Virus record (IMG/VR): IMGVR_UViG_3300045131_002362
Location: 1 to 64,000 of that record
From: a virus
Direction: 5' to 3' (one strand)
Length of the DNA: 64,000 bases
A program made the position numbers and the translations under genes. Of the stretch, positions 18,041-25,856 are shown one piece after another (the stretch's first letter is position 1; every line of letters begins with the position of its first letter). Under the pieces are notes generated by a model. That model saw only the letters and a list, made by a program, of their open reading frames with translations, was not told the origin of the DNA and searched no databases.

Positions 18041-18568
18041 ATGAAGAAGACACTGGTTATCATCGCGGTCGCTTGCCTTGCCCTTCAGGGGCTTATGGCC
18101 GCAGACCGGTTTACGGAGACGATCACCGTCGCCGCAGGCGCCACGAACGCCACCGTCACATTCCCGCTGTACCGTGCTGACGGGCCGCCGGCCACCACGA
18201 TCGACACGCTTTGCGTTGTCGTCGATAGCGGTTCCGGAACGGGCGTAGTAACGTTCGCAAGCTACGACTATGGTGTCGCGACGACCATCGCAACGTCAGG
18301 CTCGATCAAGGACGGCGAGGCTTATGCGACGCAGCCGTACAATACGTTGAGCGCGCTGTACACGTACCCGGTTGTGGAGAGTGTCGTGACCGGAAATGTT
18401 GTTCTTGCGAGACAGAATCTCCAGACCAATTATACCGTGACAGTTGCCTCGCCGATTGCACGACAGTTGAAGGTCAGTGTGGCACAGGCCGCAGTTGCTG
18501 ACGCCACCGTCTACAAGGTGGCTGTGTACGTGAAAGAGAATCCACCGGTCCCGTTGCATCTAAAGTAG
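18041..18568 (+). CDS. Secreted beta-rich protein (signal peptide)
   Basis: MKKTLVIIAVACLALQGLMA-ADR; AGGAG SD; own promoter and terminator. Confidence 0.8.
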   Translation: MKKTLVIIAVACLALQGLMAADRFTETITVAAGATNATVTFPLYRADGPPATTIDTLCVVVDSGSGTGVVTFASYDYGVATTIATSGSIKDGEAYATQPYNTLSALYTYPVVESVVTGNVVLARQNLQTNYTVTVASPIARQLKVSVAQAAVADATVYKVAVYVKENPPVPLHLK

Positions 18569-18595
18569 GCGCGTAGTCTCCCCGCGCACACTTTG

Positions 18596-18638
18596 CCGCC
18601 CTTCCGGATTCGCTCCTTTTCCGGAAGGGCGGATTTTT
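18596..18638 (+). terminator. Rho-independent terminator at the convergence of the two gene arms
   Basis: 13-bp stem CCGCCCTTCCGGA/TCCGGAAGGGCGG followed by ATTTTT. Confidence 0.85.
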
Positions 18639-18655
18639 CGTGCCCGCGAAGGCTA

Positions 18656-19237
18656 TCACTCGGTCTCGAAGACTTGTTTCACCGTGTAGCGGTAGTGGTT
18701 TCCGGATGGTGCTGCGACGAGCACTTCGCATGTTCTGTAGCCCGGTAAAACGATCGTGTTGCCAACGACAGCGAGGGATCGCGGATGTTTGGGGGTCACG
18801 AAAATCTTGTCACCCTTTCTCGTGACAACCACGTTGTACGGAAGCAGATTCACAGGCCGGCGACGCATCGCATCCCACATCGTGCGCAGCAGCGAAGTCG
18901 TCAGCTCTGTGTGCATGAGCGGAGGGATGCTGCTTGGTGAGAAGCCCGGCTTCCGCATGATCGCGTTGAACACGGCCATAACCGTCACGTAGTCGGCCCT
19001 GGTGTGTACCGCGCGGATGTGGCAGGCGTAGCACAGGGTGGCGCCGTTGTCGACACAGTAGCGCGCTGCGTGCGCGTGGTGATCGCTGACGTACCAGTGG
19101 TGCGCAGTGAGGTTATCCTCGCAGCCACACAGCAGGCACTTCCACCCGTCGCGCTGCTTCACTCGCAAGGCCCAGTCCGCGTACAGCGCCTTCTTCACCT
19201 TGCCGATCGACGGCAGCTTGATCTTCTTCTCGCTCAT
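18656..19237 (-). CDS. NinG/HNH-like nuclease
   Basis: RDGWKCLLCG...AHH...DNGATLCYACH. Confidence 0.75.
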   Translation of the reverse strand: MSEKKIKLPSIGKVKKALYADWALRVKQRDGWKCLLCGCEDNLTAHHWYVSDHHAHAARYCVDNGATLCYACHIRAVHTRADYVTVMAVFNAIMRKPGFSPSSIPPLMHTELTTSLLRTMWDAMRRRPVNLLPYNVVVTRKGDKIFVTPKHPRSLAVVGNTIVLPGYRTCEVLVAAPSGNHYRYTVKQVFETE

Positions 19238-19324
19238 TCGGTCGTCCTTCAAAATGAATCCCGCCCGTTGCCACGTCTGTTTCAAGGATTTAGCGTGCCC
19301 CACTCGGGGCCGGGCGGAAATGGT

Positions 19325-19681
19325 TTAGAACTTTTTTCCACCGTGCATCTGCGGTCTCGTCGCATTGAACGCCATCTTCGCAACAATCGCCTCGCCGAGC
19401 CTGTAGCCCTTGTGACCGCACCAGTCCATAATGCGGATCACCGTGTCGGCCAACTCCTCCTCGACGCCGCTGAAGGCCGGGATATGGTCGCTCGGCTGGT
19501 TGCCGTGCCGGGCCGCATCAAGCGCCTCGCTCAGCTCGCTGTGCATCAGCGCGATCGCCGTGCCCTCCTCAGGAGGCGTGACGTAAAAGCCCTTGCTGAC
19601 GGCGTTCTCGTGAACCGCTTTCTGCACGTAATCGATCGCCGCCACAAAATCTGCCATTCTCACATCTGTCTCCAAGCTCAT
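19325..19681 (-). CDS. MazG-like nucleotide pyrophosphohydrolase
   Basis: ALMHSELSEALDA...EEELADTVIRIMD. Confidence 0.85.
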   Translation of the reverse strand: MSLETDVRMADFVAAIDYVQKAVHENAVSKGFYVTPPEEGTAIALMHSELSEALDAARHGNQPSDHIPAFSGVEEELADTVIRIMDWCGHKGYRLGEAIVAKMAFNATRPQMHGGKKF

Positions 19682-19692
19682 CTCGATCTTTC

Positions 19693-20436
19693 CTATTCTT
19701 TGTTTTTTGATTCGTTCGTTGTGAAACCACACTTGCGACATTGGATCGGACGGTATCCGAGCAACACCGCAAATCTGAGCAGACGGCGCCAAGGACGACG
19801 CCACTCTTTTAACCAGTCGCCTGTCGCCCTGAATCCGCTGCCGCACTTGGCGTCGTACTCGTTGCAGCAGAATGCAACTTTGCCGTCACAGGTAATCATA
19901 CAGGTATACTGCGTCATGCAGAACCGTGGCGATTTAACCGGACCGACATCGACTGAGCCGGCGCGGTTCATGAGAGGTGGGACCGGCCCATCGATGACGG
20001 TCATCGCACCAACGCTTCGACGGACTGTGGACTTTCGCGGCGTATCGTGACGCGTGACAAGCAGCGTGGTCACATACCGCGAAAGAATCTCCTCGATTGC
20101 GCTGTCGAGATAGTCGCCGTTTGTGGTCACGGTGATTTTGTTGTCGGGGAGGACCTTTCTGACTTCTCGTAAACATGCGACAAGTCCGCTTAAGTCAATC
20201 AACGGCTCGCAGTAACCGCCAAGCCAGATGCCGCCCTTAAATCCGTGTAGAGGTGCAAGGCGCTTAGCCAACTCATTCGGGCGGAGAAACGCAGAGTGTC
20301 TCTGATGATAAGTCACGGGGCAATATGTGCAGCGCCGATTACAGACCGTGCTCATCTCGAACACGATGTCTACAGGGTCGGCAAGCACTGTGCCGAGCAG
20401 CAGCTTCAGGCGGCGGAATGGTTTTTTGTCGTTCAT
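19693..20436 (-). CDS. Radical SAM protein with SPASM/twitch-like C-terminus
   Basis: CNRRCTYC motif, TTNG, C-terminal C...ITCDGKVAFCC...CRKC. Confidence 0.85.
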   Translation of the reverse strand: MNDKKPFRRLKLLLGTVLADPVDIVFEMSTVCNRRCTYCPVTYHQRHSAFLRPNELAKRLAPLHGFKGGIWLGGYCEPLIDLSGLVACLREVRKVLPDNKITVTTNGDYLDSAIEEILSRYVTTLLVTRHDTPRKSTVRRSVGAMTVIDGPVPPLMNRAGSVDVGPVKSPRFCMTQYTCMITCDGKVAFCCNEYDAKCGSGFRATGDWLKEWRRPWRRLLRFAVLLGYRPIQCRKCGFTTNESKNKE

Positions 20437-20461
20437 TTCGGTGTCATCTTTCGTGTAGTTC

Positions 20462-20692
20462 TCAACGGTGTTGATCGCGGCGCCAGCGACGCTCGCGCTC
20501 GCGGCGCTTCGGTGTACCGATCAGTATTTTCCAGTACACGATACGCGGATCGAAGAATCTCTTCAGGAAGTCGATCGCCGACAGACTTTTCCCGTATCGA
20601 TCATGGAGCCACATCCACACGAGGCCGGTTATGAGCAGGGCGATGAAAACCACGGATGGTGTTGCCAAGAACAGTGTCCAACTTTGCATCAT
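20462..20692 (-). CDS. Small membrane protein
   Basis: One TM helix; AAGGAG SD; first gene after promoter motif. Confidence 0.65.
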   Translation of the reverse strand: MMQSWTLFLATPSVVFIALLITGLVWMWLHDRYGKSLSAIDFLKRFFDPRIVYWKILIGTPKRRERERRWRRDQHR

Positions 20693-20704
20693 CTTCTCCT
20701 TTGC

Positions 20705-20736
20705 CATTATATCCGAACGGGAGTCGTTCCCGCGCC
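20705..20736 (-). promoter_or_regulatory. Phage-specific promoter copy 1 (GGCGCGGGAA-N9-TTCGGATATAATG)
   Basis: Four copies with identical spacing, perfect TATAAT. Confidence 0.8.
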
Positions 20737-21045
20737 GGATCTGTTATAGATTCTTTCTGGTAGGTGCAACACGACTTGTATCCTGCCGAATTCGAGAGGA
20801 TCGTGCCGCTTCACCGTCCACCCATACATGCCATATGCGTTGCGCAAGCGCAGAGCAGCACCAACAGGAAAGTTGGCCGGACGCTTCGTGCCGATGAACA
20901 GGCTGCGCGGCTCTCCCGAATCGCGAACAACAACCGCACCGGCCTTCTCGTTCTCGGTGAGATCTACTGTCCTGTATCCGCTCTTTCCGCGCCTTACAAG
21001 CCGAGGCTGTCCGACAATGCCTTCTTCTTTCTGATAAGCTTCCAT
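20707..21045 (-). CDS. Hypothetical protein
   Basis: GAGGAG SD; ORF in operon. Confidence 0.6.
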   Translation of the reverse strand: MEAYQKEEGIVGQPRLVRRGKSGYRTVDLTENEKAGAVVVRDSGEPRSLFIGTKRPANFPVGAALRLRNAYGMYGWTVKRHDPLEFGRIQVVLHLPERIYNRSGAGTTPVRI

Positions 21046-22679
21046 CCGTGTTTCTCCTCTATGCTGCCGCGTACGGTCATGTAGACGTACGACAGCGCTT
21101 TTGCCAACTGTGACAGCCGATCGATGCGGCCCTTGATTTGTTCCAGCCCCATATCGTTCGGGGGCAATTCGATGAACAGCTCCGTCCGGGCCACGACGAG
21201 TCCGTCGATGCCCGTGCCGATGCTCTTCATGTTGCCGAACAACACACGCTTGAGCGGGTTGTCACGGAACTCGAAGCCGCGCTCGTGCTTCTTCTTTGCG
21301 TCGATGTCGCCATTGACTAGCAGCGATTCCTTTTTGAACTTCGCGTGCAGCGTCTGGAGAGGCTCGACCGACCAGCCGATCACGACGAGCTTCTCCGTCT
21401 CGTCCGACTCGGAAAGGAAGTCGGAGATCCATTCGGCGGCGTAAGGAATCAGTGCCGTCGCCGCGTTGCGCTTAGCGCGCGCCATGGCTGGCAGCATCTG
21501 TCCGGAAGCGAGGATGTCGTCTTTCGCCTCGGCGATCTTGAAGGCGCAGTCGCGCTCGATGTCCCAAAAGGCGATGCCCTCTTTCGTTGTCTCCGGGATG
21601 TCGACACGCAGGTGGGTCTCGGTGATGTCCGGGAGCTGGTCGATCACGTCGCTCTTCTTCTTGCGAAGGATCACGGTCCTGTGCAAGATCTCCTTCAGCT
21701 CCTCCGCGCGCCGCGCCGCGAGCGCTTTCGGCAGCTTGGCCTTTGACACGTCGCGCCAGCCGGACTTCTGAAAGGCGCCCTTCCAGCGCGAGGCGAACAT
21801 GCGCGCCTTGACCTTCTCCTCGGGCATGAACGTCTCGGTGAACACGCCCTTCGTGCCGAGGATGTCCGGGTTGATGAGATTGCACAGGCTCCACAGGTCG
21901 GCCAGCTCGTTCACGAGCGGCGTCGCCGTCAGCAGCAGCACGCGCCCGCTGCACGCCTTGGCGAGCCGCTCGGCCACCGGGTACGTCTTGGTATTGCTGT
22001 TGACGAAGTTGTGCGCCTCGTCCACGAGCATCGTCCTGGCACCCGACTCAATCAGCGTGTCCGCCCACCCGGCGAGGATGTGGTGGTTCAGGATGATCAG
22101 CTTGCGACCCTCGATCGCCGCCGCGCTCGGCGTGCGTCCGAACAACACGACGGCCTCCTCGGGATCGCCGCCCCACTTGCACCACTCGTCGCCCCAGTTC
22201 ATCTTTACGTGAGCGGGGGCGATGATGACGGCCGGGAGGAACAGGTCGGGACGCGACAGCATCGCCGCGATCGACGTGACCGTCTTGCCGAGGCCGACTG
22301 CGAACGCCAGGATGCAGGACAGGTCATGCTCCAAGAGCCACTGCCCGCCCTCCACCTGAAACGGCTTCAGCGCTAGAGGGCTCTGGAAGGCCGCAGGACG
22401 CTTCCGGAAGAAGGCCAGCCTTCGCTGCGTCTCAGGGTCGTCCGGCGCAGGGACGGCCCCGCAGCCGTGCAATACGCTCAGGTTGCGCACGTTCATCGGC
22501 AGATGCGCGAGAACCGTCCCGTCCGGTAGCGCGGAGAACGTCGGGTGTCCCCAAAATTCGCTCTCCATGCCGCCGTTGCGGTCGCGCAGGCCGATCAGTT
22601 CGCCGAGCGCCCTCGCCTCGGGCGTGTCGCACAGAACCGACACGTCCGTCTTGCGGATCACATATCTCGGTGGAGGCAT
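20994..22679 (-). CDS. SNF2-family (SF2) helicase
   Basis: VGLGKT, VDEAH, LTATP, QIKGRIDR motifs. Confidence 0.9.
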   Translation of the reverse strand: MPPPRYVIRKTDVSVLCDTPEARALGELIGLRDRNGGMESEFWGHPTFSALPDGTVLAHLPMNVRNLSVLHGCGAVPAPDDPETQRRLAFFRKRPAAFQSPLALKPFQVEGGQWLLEHDLSCILAFAVGLGKTVTSIAAMLSRPDLFLPAVIIAPAHVKMNWGDEWCKWGGDPEEAVVLFGRTPSAAAIEGRKLIILNHHILAGWADTLIESGARTMLVDEAHNFVNSNTKTYPVAERLAKACSGRVLLLTATPLVNELADLWSLCNLINPDILGTKGVFTETFMPEEKVKARMFASRWKGAFQKSGWRDVSKAKLPKALAARRAEELKEILHRTVILRKKKSDVIDQLPDITETHLRVDIPETTKEGIAFWDIERDCAFKIAEAKDDILASGQMLPAMARAKRNAATALIPYAAEWISDFLSESDETEKLVVIGWSVEPLQTLHAKFKKESLLVNGDIDAKKKHERGFEFRDNPLKRVLFGNMKSIGTGIDGLVVARTELFIELPPNDMGLEQIKGRIDRLSQLAKALSYVYMTVRGSIEEKHGWKLIRKKKALSDSLGL

Positions 22680-22680
22680 G

Positions 22681-22920
22681 TCAGTTCATCCCGTTCCATT
22701 CGATGACCAGCGTCTGCCGGGACTTGCCCGGCGACGTTTTGCGTATGCACACGGTGCAGTGCAGGATCTCCTTGCCGGCGTTGGCCGGGCGCCAACCGGG
22801 CAGCGCGCCGCAGTGGCCGCACTTGCTCGGCGTCACGCGGGCCTCCGTGCGCCGCCCGAACACCACCCCGCGCTCGGCAAGCCGCCGCACGCCCTCCGCA
22901 TCATCACAGATATCGCTCAT
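22681..22920 (-). CDS. Small zinc-finger protein (Lar-like)
   Basis: CGHCG...CTVC...EWN. Confidence 0.55.
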   Translation of the reverse strand: MSDICDDAEGVRRLAERGVVFGRRTEARVTPSKCGHCGALPGWRPANAGKEILHCTVCIRKTSPGKSRQTLVIEWNGMN

Positions 22921-23171
22921 ATCGCCTCACCCTTCTTTTTTATGTCGCCCTGCCGATACACATCCAGCGACTTCACCGTTCCGTCGGAACACACAACGTT
23001 GATGCCGACGTATACGTCGAATCTGATCGTCACGAGCCACAGCATCTTGCCGAAGATTCTAAAAAGAGCCCGTCCGTCCACGCCGACGCAGATCTCTTCT
23101 TCAAAGACAAGTCCGACCTGCCAGAAGTATCTGTGCGGATTTTTGAACGTCAGCTTTCTCTGGTTTCGCAT
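22917..23171 (-). CDS. Hypothetical protein
   Basis: Coupled TGATG start, GGAG SD. Confidence 0.55.
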   Translation of the reverse strand: MRNQRKLTFKNPHRYFWQVGLVFEEEICVGVDGRALFRIFGKMLWLVTIRFDVYVGINVVCSDGTVKSLDVYRQGDIKKKGEAI

Positions 23172-24832
23172 CAGTCTCTCTCCTTGTAAGACTCCTGTTT
23201 GATCTTGCAGAACACGGGCATGCTGAACGCGAACGCGTCCTGCACCTCGTGCCACTGACAGCACAGCGCCTGATGCTCGGGGTCGAAGCCACCCTTGCGG
23301 GCATACAGCATCGACATCCGCATGACGTGCGCGCGCCGCTCTTGGATCGTCTGGTTGATCGTGACCATCCAGGTGCAGTTGTCAGCCGCCTTCGTCGAGC
23401 GCCCGATCATCCTGCGCGTGAGCGTCTCGGCCCCGTCGCTAGACCGATTGGTCTGCGTCGCGGTGATAAGCAGGATCTTTAGCTTCGTGCGCAGAGAGCT
23501 GAGACCTTCCCAAATGCGCCGCAGGCCGTCGTGGTCCTTGTCCGTGTCGCGCCCAGCCTCCTGCTGCATCAGATCGGCGTAGTCGAGTACGACGACGCGC
23601 GGCACGAAGTTCTCCGTCCTGTCCAGCATCGTGAGCATGTCGTGAAGCCCGCTCACGCTGAGCGAACCAGAGGAGCAGGGGGCGATCTTGAGCTTGCCGC
23701 CGGCCATGGCACACTCGAGATTGAAGCGGCGCTTGGTCTCGCTGAGCGTCGCCCTGTCGATCAGATCCACGTCGATTCGCCGCCACCAGATCGCGCTCTT
23801 CCAGCGCTTGCGGCGCTCCGCGTCCTCGGCGGTCCCGTCGTTGCGAGGGAAGCACCGACAGCATGGCGTGTACAGCCGGCCGTCGATCGCCCGCGCGCCG
23901 TCCGCCGTTCCCTCTGCGAGATCCATCGGCGTAGCCCCGCACTCGATCATGATCTTCCAGTCCTTGACTTGCCGTGGGACGCCGGACTGCCCGATCGGAC
24001 ATGTGCCATTGGCGTTGTGTGCGCAGTCGGGAACCGGCACGGCGAAAGGCCCGGCGTACTCGGGCTCGACCGCCCGGCACGTCAGGTTCGTCGCCACGCG
24101 CCCGTTCAGCTCTTCCTTGTCCTCGTCGCCCGTGCCGATGAACAGGGTCGGCTCGTGTCTGGCGGCGGCGATGGCGACCGTCATGAGTCCGGTCGTCTTG
24201 CCGATCTTCTGATCAGCCAGAATGACGCCGAAGCCGCCCGGCTTCAATCGGCGGTTCAAAAGCCTGCCGACCTCGCCATCCAGAAGGAAAAGCGGGGGCG
24301 TCGACTCGGCGAGCGCGAGGATCGCGTCCTCGTCCTCCAGCGCATCCTTGCACTCGATCGCCGCGTCGCTGAACGATGAGAACTCTTTGCGCGCCTTCGC
24401 CGCGATCCGGTTGGCACGCTCGGCGTCACCGGTTGCCCGTATCCGCTCCGCGTCGGCGAGCTGCTCGGCCAACAGCGTGTTATGCCGGCTTGCGAGATAC
24501 TTACGGGCCTTCTCCGTTTGCCACGATGTAGGCTTGTGCGTACGGCCTCCCGGCAGCCCCGGAAACTCCAGAGAGCGGAACCATGAACGCGCCGCTGCCG
24601 ACTTCAGCACCTCGGCGGCACCGTCGCCGCTCTCGGCCGGCGCTGCCTTGTGCGCTTTGGCGAACTCGCCGCATTCGCGGAAGAAGTCCTCGCCAGCGAT
24701 GCCGTTAAACAGGACGACCTTGGTGGCGAATGGGGCGAACCAAGCGGCGAAGCTCTTGTCGTGCCAAGCCGAGCGGGCCAGATCCGCCTCGATGTCGGCC
24801 GGGTCTGTCACGGAAACCGTTTCGTCACTCAT
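23171..24832 (-). CDS. DnaB-like (SF4) replicative helicase with Cys-rich insertion
   Basis: ADQKIGKTT, VVVLDYADLM, ITATQTNR. Confidence 0.85.
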   Translation of the reverse strand: MSDETVSVTDPADIEADLARSAWHDKSFAAWFAPFATKVVLFNGIAGEDFFRECGEFAKAHKAAPAESGDGAAEVLKSAAARSWFRSLEFPGLPGGRTHKPTSWQTEKARKYLASRHNTLLAEQLADAERIRATGDAERANRIAAKARKEFSSFSDAAIECKDALEDEDAILALAESTPPLFLLDGEVGRLLNRRLKPGGFGVILADQKIGKTTGLMTVAIAAARHEPTLFIGTGDEDKEELNGRVATNLTCRAVEPEYAGPFAVPVPDCAHNANGTCPIGQSGVPRQVKDWKIMIECGATPMDLAEGTADGARAIDGRLYTPCCRCFPRNDGTAEDAERRKRWKSAIWWRRIDVDLIDRATLSETKRRFNLECAMAGGKLKIAPCSSGSLSVSGLHDMLTMLDRTENFVPRVVVLDYADLMQQEAGRDTDKDHDGLRRIWEGLSSLRTKLKILLITATQTNRSSDGAETLTRRMIGRSTKAADNCTWMVTINQTIQERRAHVMRMSMLYARKGGFDPEHQALCCQWHEVQDAFAFSMPVFCKIKQESYKERD

Positions 24833-25163
24833 CGTAAAGACCTTTCACGGCCAAAATATCGCGGAACAGTTTTTCCGGCGCAACTTCCGTTGGCACACGA
24901 TCGCATGCCGCACGCCAGATGAGCATCGTCGCCGGGCCATGTTTAGCGATTAGCTTGCGCAGCATCTCCTGATCCGGCATTGTGAATTTGTGCGCCGCTG
25001 TGGGCAGCGGCAGCCGCATGCGGTCGTGCAGCGTGAGCCACATGGCCGAGAGCGTCTTCGTCAGCTCTAACAGGGGCGCGTCCGCCGCGCAAGCCTCGTG
25101 ACGGTCAAACCACCGCTCGGGAGGCGGCGTCCATACCGGCGGATCTTCAGGTAGGTCTTTCAC
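24825..25163 (-). CDS. Hypothetical protein
   Basis: GTGA coupling; upstream of helicase. Confidence 0.5.
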   Translation of the reverse strand: MKDLPEDPPVWTPPPERWFDRHEACAADAPLLELTKTLSAMWLTLHDRMRLPLPTAAHKFTMPDQEMLRKLIAKHGPATMLIWRAACDRVPTEVAPEKLFRDILAVKGLYDE

Positions 25164-25525
25164 TCCGGCACTTCCTTCCATCCGTTCGTTCCGGCCACGC
25201 TGTCCAGCAGCCGCTGCACCGCGACAGGGTTGCCGGCGATGGCGAACTGCTTCGCCGCCTTGCGGTTGCCGCCCTCGTTGGTCCTGATAACGACCCACTT
25301 CCCATTGCGAGCGGACTTCTCGACGCCGTACACGTTGCGCTCTTCGTCGACGTACTTCCTCATCCTCACTACGCTCTCGCTCATTCCATCCTCCTTTTCA
25401 AACCGTTTTGTCTCGAATTCATCATGAACCGTCATGATGAATTTCTTGTCCATCGATACGACTATCCCAACCACACGATCACCATGGGCGTTGCCCGGAT
25501 CGAAGGCGATGTAAGTTCCGCTCAC
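25160..25525 (-). CDS. Hypothetical protein
   Basis: Coupled ORF; start uncertain. Confidence 0.5.
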   Translation of the reverse strand: MSGTYIAFDPGNAHGDRVVGIVVSMDKKFIMTVHDEFETKRFEKEDGMSESVVRMRKYVDEERNVYGVEKSARNGKWVVIRTNEGGNRKAAKQFAIAGNPVAVQRLLDSVAGTNGWKEVPE

Positions 25526-25848
25526 TTCGCCACCTCGATGTTCTCCACGTCTTCAACTATGGCCAACGCCAATAGGGCCAGCGCGATTCTGACTCGCTCG
25601 TGGTTCCCTCCACCGGCAAAGGTGCGCGCCCTAAAAGTTGGTGAGCCGAAACCTCCACCGCACGCATCTGCCATCGGATGCTTGACCATATCCATGTGCA
25701 GATCTCCTTGGTTATCTGCGATGAGGGTCAAGATGCTTTCGCGGTCGTCGCACTCCACAACGTGATCGGTCCCCGTGCCGATTGATCGCCACAAAGCCGC
25801 CCAGTCCACCTTTACGCACTTGTCGAAAACCGAAGTTGGTTTCTTCAT
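25522..25848 (-). CDS. Hypothetical protein
   Basis: AAGGGG SD before ATG 25848. Confidence 0.55.
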   Translation of the reverse strand: MKKPTSVFDKCVKVDWAALWRSIGTGTDHVVECDDRESILTLIADNQGDLHMDMVKHPMADACGGGFGSPTFRARTFAGGGNHERVRIALALLALAIVEDVENIEVAK

Positions 25849-25856
25849 TTTCCCCT

